NCBI GenBank assembly: GCA_030390025.1
Contig: CM059432.1
Coordinates: 130,202,001-130,266,000, forward strand
Direction of reading: 5' to 3'
Length of the DNA: 64,000 nt
DNA from: Squalus acanthias
Taxonomy: Eukaryota
The notes beneath the pieces are model-generated. The model worked only from the letters and a program-made list of their open reading frames with translations. It searched no databases and was not told the DNA's origin. Position numbers and translations under genes: made by a program. Below are positions 1-11,424 of this stretch, piece after piece (within the stretch, counting starts at the first letter, position 1; the number at the start of each line of letters is the position of its first letter).

Positions 1-295
1 TTCGAGGGTGATCTCCATCCCCTGCGCACTTCCCCCCTTCCCACCCTACTGCTCCTCCTAATGTGGCCCCAGTGGCTGCAGCAAGGCTGGTGGAAGGCTG
101 CTGAATATCAGATGCAGAGACTACAGATGCCCTTGAAGGACGCCCTCGACCGGCTCTGGGCCTGGAGGCCCTGGCTGCAGACTGCACCAACTCTGCATGG
201 GCAGCAGCAGTCTGGGCTGGCTGTGTTACAGGCCGTGGCAAGTGCAATGGCGGAGTGGCAGTGATGGGAGCAGGAATGCTGTCATCCTGAGAGAG

Positions 296-569
296 ATGAG
301 AAGTCGCACAACACCAGGTTATAGTCCAACAGTTTTATTTAAAATTACGAGCTTTTGGAGCTGCTGCCCCTTCGTCAGGTAGAGGTACAGTGAGGGAATC
401 TAATACACAGTATATATACACAGAGAGCGACTTGTCTGCAGAGATACAATCCGTCAGGAAGGCACTACATCAAAGACACATCAGAGCACAGCCAAGACAA
501 TGAGGTGGGTCACAGGGGGGCCAACGTGTCAAATGCTGCCGTCTGCAGTTGAGCTCCTAACTTTTTTTT
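296..569 (-). repeat. Penelope 3' pseudo-LTR
   Basis: About 4 substitutions relative to 3362-3635. Confidence 0.95.
346..381 (-). ncRNA. Minimal hammerhead motif with mutated core (GAAA>AAAA)
   Basis: Minus strand: tac CTGACGA AGGGGCAGCAGCTCC AAAA GC TC gta. Confidence 0.65.
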
Positions 570-649
570 ATTTTTTTTTGGGGGGGTTTTTTTGGTTGGT
601 TTTTTTTGTGTTTTTTTTTAAAACTGGAAAGACAGACAACGTTGTCGAG

Positions 650-3323
650 TCACGTTCTGTAGCGTGACATGAAGCCGAGATCCCTATTGAGGCCGTCCTC
701 ATGGGTGCGGAACTTGGCTATCAGTTTCTGCTCGATGATTCTGCGTTGTCGTGTGTCTCGAAGGCCGCCTTGGAGAACGCTAACCCGCAGATCCGAGGCT
801 GAATATCCTTGACTGCTAAAGTGTTCCCCGACTGGGAGGTAATCCTGCCTGGCGATTGTTGCGCGGTGTCCGTTCATACGTTGTCTCAGTGTCTGCATGG
901 TCTCGCCGATGTACCATGCTCCGGGGCATCCTGTCCTGCAACGTATGAGGTAGACAACGTTGGCCGAGTCACATGACTATGTACCATGTACCTGGTGGGT
1001 AGTGTCCTCACGTGTGATGATGGTATCTGTGTTGATGAACTGGCATGTCTTGCAGAGGTTGCTGTGGCAGGGTTGTGTGGTGTCGTGATCGCTGTTCTCC
1101 TGACAGCTGGGTAATTTGCTGCGAACGGTGGTACTTTTGAGGTTAGGCGGCTGCTTGAAGGCAAGTAGTGGAGGCGTGGGGATGGCCTTAGCAAGGTGTT
1201 CATCGTCATCGATGACATGTTGAAGGCTGCGAAGAACATGGCATAGTTTCTCCGCTCCGGGTAAGTACTGGATGATGTAGGGTACTCTGTTGGTTGTGTC
1301 CCGTGTTCGCCTTCTGAGGAGGTCTATGCGGTTTTTCGCTGTGGCCCGTCGGAACTGTCGATCGACGAGTCGAGCGTCATATCCCGTTCTTACGAGGGCG
1401 TCTTTCAGCGTCCGTAGGTGTCCATCGCGTTCCTCCTCGTCTGAGCAGATCCTGTGTATTCGCAGGGCTTGTCCATAGGGGATGGCTTCTTTAACGTGGT
1501 TAGGGTGGAAGCTGGAGAAGTGAAGCATCGTGAGGTTGTCCGTGGGCTTGCGGTAGAGTGAAGTGCTGAGGTGTCCGTCTTTAATGGAGATTCATGTGTC
1601 CAAGAATGAAACCGATTCTGAGGAGTAGTCCATGGTGAGTTTGATGGTGGGATGGAACCTGTTGATGTTATCGTGTAGTCCTATCAGTGATCCTTCACCG
1701 TGGGTCCAAAGGAAGAAGATGTCGTCGATGTATCTGGTGTATAGCGTTGGTTGAAGGTCCTGTGCAGCGAAGAAGTCTTGCTCGAACTTGTGCATGAAGA
1801 TGTTGGCATATTGGGGTGCGAATTTGCTCCCCATGGCTGTTCCGTGTGTTTGGGTAAAAAACTGGTTGTCGAAGGTGAAGACATTGTGGTCAAGGATGAA
1901 GCGGATGAGTTGTAGGATGGCGTCTGGAGATTGGCTGTTGTTGGTGTTGAGTACTGAGGCTGTCGCAGCGATGCCGTCATCATGGGGGATACTGGTGTAG
2001 AGTGCCGATACGTCCATCGTGGCGAGGAGTGTTCCTGGTTCAACTGGTCCATGGGTGCTGAGTTTCTGTAAGAAGTCTGTAGTGTCGCGACAGAAGCTGG
2101 GGGTTCCCTGTACGATGGGTTTCAGGATGCCCTCGACGTACCCAGAGAGGTTCTCACACAGGGTTCCGTTGCCTGATACGATAGGACGTCCGGGTGTGTT
2201 GGCTTTGTGTATCTTTGGGAGGCAGTAGAAGTCTCCTACGCGGGGAGTACGTGGGATGAGAGCGCGTAGGATGCTTTGAAGGTCTGGATCGAAGGTCTTG
2301 ATCAGTCTATTGAGTTGGCGGGTGTGTTCTTTGGTCGGATCTGCGGGTAACTGTCTGTAGTGTTCCTGGTTGTCCAGTTGTCGGTATGCTTCTTTGCAAT
2401 AGTCCATTCTGTTCTGTATGACGATGGCTCCTCCTTTGTCCGCTGGTTTGATGACGATGTTGCGGTTGGTCTTGAGAGCATGGATGACGTTGCGTTGTGC
2501 TCGGGTGACATTCTGGACTGTCTTGTGAGTGCGGCTGATGAATCTGGCATTGATGCATTTCCTGACAGCTTGAGCATACATGTCAAGCTTAGGGCAGCGA
2601 CCCTCCGGAGGGGTCCAATTTGACTCTTTCTTCTTCGGTTGCTGCACTGCGGTTCCCTCTGTCTGCTGTTCCGGATCATTGATTGTCTCATTGGGTTTGT
2701 TGCTGACATCTTGGGATTTGTGGTAGTATTCCCGGATCCTCATTCTCCTGATGAATTCCTCTGTGTCTGCCGCGAGACCGATGGGGTCCATTTTGGTGGT
2801 GGGGCAGACCTTGAGCCCTAGGGCGAGAACTTCGATTTCATCTGGTTGAAGGGTGTGGTCCGACAGGTTGACGATGGACTTCCCTGTGGTTGCAACCGTG
2901 GTACCGGGGGAGGCTTGGTTGCTGCTGGTGGTGATGCCGAGTTTCTCAAGCTTCCTGTTCTTGATGCGCATGTAGGAAGCGTAGTTCCGTTGCCTCGTCT
3001 GTTTGGCGGTGTCTCGTAGCTGGTCTGCTGTGTCCTGAGCACAGGCTGAGAGCATGGACTCTATCTTGGTTTCGAGGTTGCGGCGTCTGCTGTAGAGCTG
3101 GTGTACGAGATGGTTGAGGAGTGTGCGAGAGGTACGACGGCAAAGTCTCTCAGCGTAGTCTGTGTTGTATGTCGACTTGAGTGGTTTCGTGATCTGTAGT
3201 CCTTTCGGAATCTTGTCTGCTTTCTTGCATCTCTGTAGATACGATGTCTGTGTCAATATGCGCGATCTTCTTGGAGATTCTCTCCACTTTGAGCCGGCAG
3301 TTTGTGGTGTCAATAGTGGTCAT
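650..3323 (-). pseudogene. Penelope RT + GIY-YIG endonuclease ORF (~890 codons), broken by one frameshift (~3243) and two in-frame stops (1592-1594, 977-979)
   Basis: Motifs IKPADKGG, LPKIHK, DVSALYTSI, GTAMGS, RYIDD, CHSNLCKTC, VVYLIRC...WYIGET. ORFs 1592-3313, 977-1528 and 650-898 share one frame; the start MTTIDTTNC is in the 3150-3398 frame. Confidence 0.96.
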
Positions 3324-3361
3324 GATGCGGAGATGCCGGTGTTGGACTGGGGTGGACAAAA

Positions 3362-3635
3362 ATGAGAAGTCGCACAACACCAGGTTATAGTCCAACAATT
3401 TTATTTAAAATTACGAGCTTTCAGAGCTGCTGCCCCTTCGTCAGGTAGAGGTACAGTGAGGGAATCTAATACACAGTATATATACACAGAGAGCGACTTG
3501 TCTGCAGAGATACAATCCGTCAGGAAGGCACTACATCAAAGACACATCAGAGCACAGCCAAGACAATGAGGTGGGTCACAGGGGGTCCAACGTGTCAAAT
3601 GCTGCCGTCTGCAGTTGAGCTCCTAACTTTTTTTT
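3362..3635 (-). repeat. Penelope 5' pseudo-LTR
   Basis: Direct repeat of 296-569; lies ~40 bp upstream of the ORF start. Confidence 0.95.
3412..3447 (-). ncRNA. Minimal type I hammerhead ribozyme motif
   Basis: Minus strand: tac CTGACGA AGGGGCAGCAGCTCT GAAA GC TC gta; CUGANGA/GAAA core, palindromic AGCU stem III. Confidence 0.75.
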
Positions 3636-4785
3636 TCCTGAGAGAGGACAGCACCTTCCTCCTTGACCGACACACTGCCACTCCCACGGGGCACTCCCTC
3701 AGCATCCGGAGCAATCTGCTCGAGCACAGATTGCTGGCCTGCTGCGGCACCGTGAGAGCCCTGAGGGACTGTGGGCAACCCAGCAAGGATGGCAGCAGTC
3801 AGTGCTTGCGTGACATGAATCTGAGACTGCATGAGAGCAGTCTGAGACTGGATGGCACCAGCCAATGACTCAATTGCAGCACTAAGCCGTTGCGTTGCAT
3901 CGGCCTGTGCTGCAGTGGATCCTGCCATCTCACCCATTACACGCGGCATGGGCTCTGGTTCGCCACGGTCTCCCTGCAATTCCACCATCCTCTGCAAGGA
4001 TTTGCGCACAGGTGACAGCTGTGCTAGCGGCGGACTCCTCCGCGCTCCTAGCCAGTGCATCCATGCTTTCGGGCACCCTTGCCATTGCACCCATGAGCTC
4101 AGTATGCATGCTCAAGGCCTGCGTATTCATGGCCGCGATGTCGAGGTCCTCATCCGAGTCCTGTGCAGCAGAACCCGCGTGCCTACTTACCCTCCAGGGA
4201 GATGGCTCCCGAGCTTCCCTACCCCCATGGCGTTGCTGCAGCCCGCTGGGTCCAGGAGCTTCGCCCTCATCAGACACTAACCCCCTGCTCCCCTCCAGGG
4301 AAGGCGTGACCCCAGTGTCTGATGTGTCACCCTCGGGAGATGCAGGCGGTGAGGCTCCGGCTTCCTCTTCCTCCTCGTCTGGCCCGTCGCTGCCACTGGC
4401 AGGTTGAGGGACAGGCTGGTCAGCTGGTGGCTCACTATCTGAAAGCAGGAAGGTACAAGAGTGGCTTTAGCATGAGGGTAAAGGGGCAGGAAGGGAGCAA
4501 GGACTGGAGACAGTTAGTTGGATTGAAAGTGTAAAAGGCTGGTGTTGTGAGGGGGAAGTGGTATGAGAGAGGAGAGAAAGCTGATGAACACACCGTTGCT
4601 GTCCCCAAGGGGGTCGACCTCTCCAGCGGCCACGGCACCTATGACCTGGCTGGCAACGAAGCTGTGCACTCTGTCCTCCAACTCAGTCAGGGGGTGTAGG
4701 TCCGCCGGTCCTCCTCCCATGCATTGCTGCTCCCGTCTGTTATGAGAGAGCTTGGCCTGCAAGAAAAAGGACAGCGTCTGAGTGA

Positions 4786-5061
4786 GTGTGCAGCCATGTG
4801 TTTGGCTGATGTGCCTCCCATAGTTGAATAGCCGTTAATGTGTGCAGCCGTGTGTTTGGCTGATGTGCCTCCCATAGTTGACTAGCCATTAATGTGTGCA
4901 GCCATGTGTTTGGCTGATGTGCCTCCCATAGTTGAATAGCCCTTAATGTGTGCAGCCATGTGTTTGGCTGATGTGCCTCCCATAGTTGAATAGCCCTTAA
5001 TGTGTGCAGCCATGTGTTTGGCTGATGTGCCTCCCATAGTTGAATAGCCCTTAATGTGTGC
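4786..5061. repeat. 54-bp tandem repeat, ~5 copies, in intron 1 of the Myb gene
   Basis: Unit tgtgtgcagccatgtgtttggctgatgtgcctcccatagttgaatagcccttaa. Confidence 0.97.
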
Positions 5062-5954
5062 AAGGTGTGGAATGTGCATGTGTCTTTTATGAGATGGCCA
5101 TAGGTCTTGGATGAGTGCTGGGCATTTGGGTTTTTAAACCGTCTGGGCACAGAGTGAAATTGAGATGGAGGGATGCAGAGGTATTGAAAAGCAGGTACTC
5201 TCCCTGACCACCCGAGTGAGGTCGTTGAACTTCTTGCTACACTGAGTGTGAGTCCTCGGCACCAGGCTCCTTGAAGACACGTGCTGAGCCACCTCCCTCC
5301 ACACTCTTCAGTACTCCCACGGCAATGGCCTCCTGCGACTCTCTGGGTACAGCACTGCCCGTCACCGCTCAACAGCGCCAACCAGAGCCACCAAGGCCTG
5401 GTCGCTAAAGCGCCGTGCTCTCTCCCTGGGCCTATCTATCAGTACTTTCAGCACAATGGTGGTTTAGGTCTTTCCAGCACCAGAGTCAAGACTGCAATGA
5501 GCAGGGTGTGGCTGGCTAGCAAGATGGCCCCTCCCCTTTAAGAACTAGACGGCGCCAGTCTGTCTGGGTTCCAGGGTAATTGACATCGCCTGAGCTTCGG
5601 TAGCGTTCTGAGGTAGTGCCTCGCTCACCGACGTTAGCGCCTTAAGAGAGGTGTGTAGCGCCTGATTTAACGCTCAAATCACCTCCAGGGGCGATAGAGG
5701 CGAACTTTGCAGTCGGAGGCGATAATTAGCGCCAGGCGCCCGGCCAATATTAACGCCCCAAAATGGGCGATACTCAATTTTTCCCCCCTAATCTTTTCGT
5801 ATTCTCTCTTATCATGCACTCCCAGTGACCCAACAAGGCTTGGAGCTACCTTATTGGCCGGAATTTTTAGTTTTTCACCCGCCGGGAGCAGGGGTCCCAA
5901 CAGAGCAGGGGAAACCCGCTGGGTCCGAGTTTCCCCACAAGCTGTGGAGTTTTA

Positions 5955-6085
5955 GCTTATTGCTGTTTGTGAGACCTTGCTGTGTGCGAATTGGGTGTCG
6001 TGTCTCCCTACATTACAGCAGTGACGACATCTCAAAATGTCATTTATTGGCTGTGAATCACTTTGGGGCGTCCTGAGGTCAAGAA
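5955..6085 (+). mobile_element. DeuSINE 3' fragment
   Basis: attgctgtttgtg...ttggctgtgaatcactttggggcgtcctgaggtc matches the tail of the SINE at 15223-15690. Confidence 0.75.
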
Positions 6086-6238
6086 GTGCATTTTTTACAT
6101 GCCGAAGCAACTTAAATGAAACTAGCAAAGAGAGTGAATGGAGTCTTCAGGGCCAGTAGGACCTCAGAACAAAAGAGGAAGAAGTATTATGGTGTCAGGA
6201 GGTGTATCAAAGTAAGTCTCCCCACATTTGAACACATT

Positions 6239-7053
6239 GGGGGGAATTTTAACATGTGGGAGCCGGTGAGGGGTTAAATGTGTCAGGAAGCCGGCTCCAA
6301 CCCGGCAACTTCCGGCTTTTACTCAGGCGGGACAAGGGACGGGCTTCCAGCCCGCTCCCAGGAGGTGGGTTGGCATTTTACATATTTTAATGAGGCTGGA
6401 AGCCTCGGATTTTTACTGTGGCCGGCCAGGTTTCCCAGGCCTTGTGAAACCTGGCAGCTGCAGCGAGGTGAGGACAACCTCGAGGAGCACTCCTTGTGGG
6501 CCAGGAGGTGCAGGAATGCTTCCTCCCAGCCCCCCAAACCCCCCTCCCCCCAAACACCCCCCCCCCACATACAAACCCCCCTTCCCCCCCAGGAACAGAC
6601 CACCCCCAGGGTCAGGGATCGGATCCCCCTGGGATTGGGGATCAGAAACCCCCCTCCCCCACCCTGGGATCGGATTGCCCCTGGATCGGACCCCCTGAAT
6701 CGCGGAACGGAACCTCCTCGAGATCAAACCCCCCCCGCTTCGGGGGATTAAACCACCCCAGGGTCAGGGATCGGAGCCCCCTTGGGATAGAATCTGACCC
6801 CCCAGCCAGGGTCAGGGTTCGTATCTACTTGGTCCTGCGGCCCCCTCTCCAGCGTTCCCCGCCTGACTGGAAACCAAGCCTGTCAATCAGGCTGACCCCT
6901 AGATGGGCAACCTGGCAATGATGTAAGACACACGCTGTAGAGTTAAATCTCCACAGCATGCAGCGAAACCCCGACTTCTGGGCTTCCCACTGCTACCACA
7001 CCCCCCCACCCCCCGCCCCTCTCCCAGCACGTCTAAATGTTAAAATTCTCCCC
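6239..7053. mobile_element. Harbinger-type MITE
   Basis: 17-bp TIR ggggggaattttaacat / atgttaaaattctcccc; 3-bp TSD ATT. Confidence 0.85.
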
Positions 7054-8545
7054 ATTATTTTACTACTGGGGCATAGTTCACATAGGCCAAACCAAATGTG
7101 TGAGCTGCTGTGCCTTCATGGTTGTTGCACTCTCTTTTGCCGTAGAGAAGCTGTAGGTACATATTTTGTGGGCCACACAAATAGCTTTTGCAGTGACACA
7201 TCAAAGTTGAAAGGTGTGCTGCGAACCAACATTACCACCAGCTGCCTTGGGACGCAGTCACTCAGGGAGGGATATTGACTGGCCACATGGGTGGGTGTTT
7301 ACACATTCTGACAGTTTCTAGCACCTGGAGAAGTCTGTTCACAATGCCCATGAGCAGACACGCATTGTGGAGGACCTCCCAGAGTGAGAAACCGGTCTCC
7401 AATTGAAGAAATAGCCCCAAGCGTTTTCAGACCAAAGTCTGCAGAAGACGTGCTCCAAGTATCCTCCATTTCTGTTCTCATTGTTAGGCTGACTCAGTCT
7501 CTCGCTCAGTAACACTGAGGCATACATCGTGCAACAGTAGTATGGCTCTCAATAATTGGCACCTTACCTCTCTTAGAAGGCTGAAACCCTCGTAACACAC
7601 ATTCCTTATTGTCTTCCCAAGGAAGAGGTGATGGAAGCTGGTGACAGCCAGGACCCAGATAATTCACAGCAGGTTGTGTCACACACTCCACCTGGCAGAA
7701 AGACCATCACAGATCCTAGCACCCTGGGACAATAGCTCTCTTGGCACATCTTTACACTGTAGGCATGGCAGTAGTTCCATGTTTGTGTTTTAGTTAGAAA
7801 GTGCACCCTGATGCAGCAGAGGCACGCAAGTTAAACCGCAAAAGAGCAATACGGTTGTCTCAGTTCATTGTACATGGCCATCATTCAAGGTGTAGCAAGT
7901 TGAGACAAGACATTTTGTGGCACATATATTTTGCCCATTAATCCAAGCTCTGCGCAATTTTTGACTGCCAAAAAAATAAACTGCTCTTTAAAGGGCTGCT
8001 GCAGCCCGTTAAACAACTGCAGCTGCACGGGACACTCCACCTCCACCCAAACTGAGCAAATGCCCAGTGGGAGGCCCAATCCAGGCCGGGAGCTAACCAT
8101 CAATATTGAATGGGGAAGATCCAGTGGAGATGAGCTGGATCACGACATGCAAAGCATTCTAACTTCAAAAAAGCCAAAAACAGAATCAGAAAATTCACGC
8201 TCACGTTTCTGTCTTTCCAAAACGAAATAACTCGAGAAAACTCAGAGATAAAGAAAATAATGATCTCCTGGATTCAAAGCCTCCAAACAATTATTTTTGT
8301 TAAAAGTAATTGCTGCCTCAACCACTACTCAATAGTTGATGGAGAACAACCCCTCTTTATTTCTTACCAAAAGTCTGCAGCAATTCTTTTCTGAAGCAAA
8401 GTGTAATTTATTGGCACGCAGCCAATTACCAATGAGCTTTAAGCACCACATTTTACCACAAGCAACCATATTTTCTGACTTCATTCATTTAAAGCTATAG
8501 ACTGTCGTGCTGTTTTTCACTGTTAGAATGTCACAGAAACTTCAG

Positions 8546-9293
8546 GGTTGATTTTAACTTGAGGCCCAGGGTGAGTGGGTGTGGAGGGTGAGAGCGGCGC
8601 GGGTAGGAGTCCCCCGTGGACTCCTCAGCCTGAGGCCTGGGCCAGTTTACCTCCTGAACCAAAATGATGTGTCCTGTACCGACGCCTGAAGTAGGTGTTA
8701 GGCCTTTAGCCTTTAGTGTGCAAATATGGGGCCTAACGCCTGTTTGAGGTCCCCTGTCCAAGACTGCTTTGCTCTGAGGCAGCAGCAGCCAGCTGCACTC
8801 AGAGAAACCAGGCCTCGAGATCGCCTGCTAGGCCCAACCGAGAAGATAAATAGCTTACCTGAATGTGGAGCTGGGAGGAGCAGGAGCACTCCTGCCGGAC
8901 CAACATTAAAGGGACAGATCACCGCCACTCCCCCACCCCTCCCCCACATCGCCACCACCCTTACCCCCCCCCCCAAATCTCCCTCCCCCAGGCCCCAGCC
9001 CTCACCCCCCACCGATCCTCGGCCCCACGCTCCCGGGACCCGAGCCCCCGGATCTCCGGCCCCTGCAATTCCCAATCCCGACCCGACAGGACCCCCCGGA
9101 CCCAATAACCTGAGGGCCGCTGCCACACTAAGCAGAGTCCCGATCTTGCACAGCTCATTGCCTCATCGGCTTCATCGAAAGGAGGCCCGAGGCCCAATAC
9201 TGGAGGAACCTCCGGCCTCACCATTCAGGCACGGGGATTGAACCCTGCGCCCTCTGCATGCCCAATAACGGGCGCGGCAAGAATTCCTGGGCC
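8546..9293. mobile_element. Probable degenerate Harbinger-type MITE
   Basis: GC-rich island starting gggttgattttaac and ending aattcctgggcc; the termini match each other poorly. Confidence 0.4.
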
Positions 9294-10845
9294 TCTATAT
9301 TCAGATGTAAGAAACCTTGCTGCCATTGGCTGTGAATATCAAGAAATCGTGGACACATTGCTTGCACTTTCATGTCCACTGAAATCAATGTGCAGCCAAT
9401 GGACAAGTCTCTCCACTGGCAGAGTGCACTGAAAAAAACAGCCCCATTTTCTATAAAGGCCAAAGTGACAAGATGTAAGAAGACCTTGCAATATTTTTGT
9501 AAAGCTGTACTTCCGTTTTTTCTTCAACTTCATCCAAGATTCCGATGCTATCCTCCCAAGGCTCCTGATTTAAAAATGCAAAACGACTTGGCTTACAGGG
9601 TGCATGAACCCCACTGTTATATTTTTGGTTATTTTTCCACCCTTCTCTACCCTAGATTTTTCAGCTTCCGAATTTTAGCTCATTCTTTAGATCGTTGGGT
9701 GAGTCCCAACGCCCTGTGCCTTCAAAGAATATCTTCGCTGGCCTTGATATCTAGGCAAGCCTTCAGTAACGTGTCCAGGATAACGAACAGAACGACCTTT
9801 CTGTTCATTCCTTTTAGCTGCGAGAAATTATCCCGGCCCCAAAAATTCACAAGCCCATGGGGCCATAAATGGAACATTTCTGGGTGGACAAGGACAGAAT
9901 TCGGCTTGGAACCTAGTTATAGCAAAACCCCGCCCCTTTTCCCACCCATGGAACGCATTGGCACAAATGGTCGGGCTTCTTACCTCAGTGTGCAGAGTCA
10001 GTGAGAAGCACATCATTAGTATGGATAGGCGGTTGAAAATGCCAATTCAGGTACGTCCATGGTCTCGACTGCCTACAGCAGCTGGGAACTCTAGCGCCCA
10101 CCCCACCACCATCACCACCCCCACCCCCTCCATCATTGCAGGGGTTGCCCATCCCTGGCCATCATCTCCTTACACAGGGTAAGGGGCAAAAAAAAAACTA
10201 AAAATAAAAAAAACACCTTTTGTCTTCAAGGGTCCGGATCTGAACCCCACCTGTGAAGCCCACATTTGCCCTTCTAGAAGCCAGTACACCTTACCTCACT
10301 CAGCGTACCAGCCTCTACTGACACTTCTGGTCCCGACCTCGTCAAATGATGGGAACTCCCGGTGTGAGGGGTCCTTGCCCCTGGTTCCGCCACTTTGTCA
10401 TCACTGTAAGGGGCAGATGGAAGTCTGAGGTAAATAGGAAACTACCAGAAATAGCAGAGACCCAGCACAGCCATTTTCCGCAGTGGGGTTCCGCCAGTCT
10501 CCCGCGGAGTTATGGTGGGACACCAACCAACCCGGCAAGGAATTTCAACCCTCTTTGTGAGTTAACCAGGTTATTAATGGCTAGAAGTTGTATTCATTTA
10601 TTCACATAACACTTCTGGTTATAATAAAGTCTAGCATCCACTAGAGGTCAGTGTATGTTAATGTAAATGTAAACGTCATCCTCATTCTCTGTTTCAGTTA
10701 TTTTCTGTCTAATTTTTATGCCACTTTCCATTCCTTACTTCTCCCCTCCTGAAAGAATTTATTTCTCCAGGTGCCGGCTGCCATCCGGCTCCTTGCACAA
10801 ATGACCAATCATTACATGTGAGCCTAGACAATCAGAGAAAGAAAA

Positions 10846-11295
10846 CTATCAGGAAAGACTGAACAGGCTGGGGCTCTTTTCTCTAGAAAAGAGAAAACTG
10901 AGAGGTGACCTGATAGAGGTCTTCAAAATTATGAAGGGGTTCAATAGGGTAGATATAGAGAAGATGTTTCCACTTGTGGGGGAGACCAAAACTAGGGGTC
11001 ATAAATATAAGATAGTCACGAATAAGTCCAATAAGGAATTCAGGAGAAACTTCTTTACTCAGCAAGTGGTGAGAATGTGGCACTCGCGACCACATGGAGT
11101 GCTTGAGGTGAATAGTGTAGGTATATTTAAGAGAAAGCTAGATAAGTACATGAGGGTGAGAGGAACAGAAGGATATGTTGATAGGGTGAGATGAAGTAAG
11201 GTGGGAGGAGGCTCGTGTGAAGCATAAATACTGGCATAGACCTGTTGGGCCGAATGGCCTGTTTCTGTGCTGTAAAATTCTGTGTAATTCTATGT
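10846..11295 (+). mobile_element. CR1 LINE 3' end
   Basis: LRGDLIEVFKIMKG...TRGH...RRNFFTQ.VV..W; tail aattctatgt repeats. Confidence 0.92.
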
Positions 11296-11334
11296 AAAAA
11301 ACACAGCTGGACGCGATCTTGCCCTCGTTGAATG

Positions 11335-11421
11335 TAGTTTCAGCAGGGATTGGTGGATAGGGATCAGGAGCAGGAACTTTGGCTGATTTTTGCTCCTCTC
11401 TAACCTGCAGTTGCTGAGGCC
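11335..11421 (-). mobile_element. LF-SINE-like fragment
   Basis: Reverse complement aaaaatcagccaaagttcctgctcctgatccctatcc resembles the LF-SINE core (recalled, not aligned). Confidence 0.5.
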
Positions 11422-11424
11422 ATG

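Larger units (their letters stand above)
296..3635 (-). mobile_element. Full-length Penelope-like retroelement, family 1 (Cys-rich RT-EN linker, Neptune-type)
   Basis: Direct ~274-bp pseudo-LTRs at 296-569 and 3362-3635; TSD tcctgagagag at 285-295 and 3636-3646; RT and GIY-YIG ORF between them. Confidence 0.97.
20..5440 (-). pseudogene. Harbinger Myb/SANT-like (Myb_DNA-bind_5 type) gene, 3 exons: ~5440-5203, 4756-4594, 4438-3636 continuing at 295-~20
   Basis: Exon 1 reads RERARRFSDQALVALV...WREVAQHVSSRSLVPRTHTQCSKKFNDLTRVVR with a frameshift, stops and a GA in place of the GT donor. Exon 2 reads AKLSHNRREQQCMGGGP. Exon 3 frame (GAVLSQ) resumes across the Penelope TSD as DDSIPAPITATPP...QQPSTSLAAATG. 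Confidence 0.8.
1..5788 (-). mobile_element. PIF/Harbinger DNA transposon carrying a decayed Myb/SANT gene; other end lies before the window; interrupted by a Penelope element
   Basis: Terminus ...tactcaatttttcccccc|taa at 5771-5791 matches the termini of the MITEs at 18215-18947 and 25296-26158; Myb-like exons inside. Confidence 0.8.

Noticed and set aside
1592..1594. Selenocysteine or programmed readthrough at the in-frame TGA of the Penelope ORF (also 59342)
   Set aside because: CGA>TGA decay is simpler, and the Penelope ORF has other inactivating lesions.
296..3635. LTR retrotransposon
   Set aside because: No TG..CA ends, primer-binding site, gag or integrase; the RT and GIY-YIG are Penelope type.
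4740..5381. 213-aa ORF with an 18-aa repeat
   Set aside because: By-product of the 54-bp array in an intron; not in the Myb frame.
6278..6921. Pro/Gly-rich ORFs (also 8713-9241, 21468-21874)
   Set aside because: Produced by C-rich or G-rich low-complexity interiors of repeats.
9372..10004. 210-aa plus-strand ORF
   Set aside because: No recognisable domain or supporting gene signals; likely chance.
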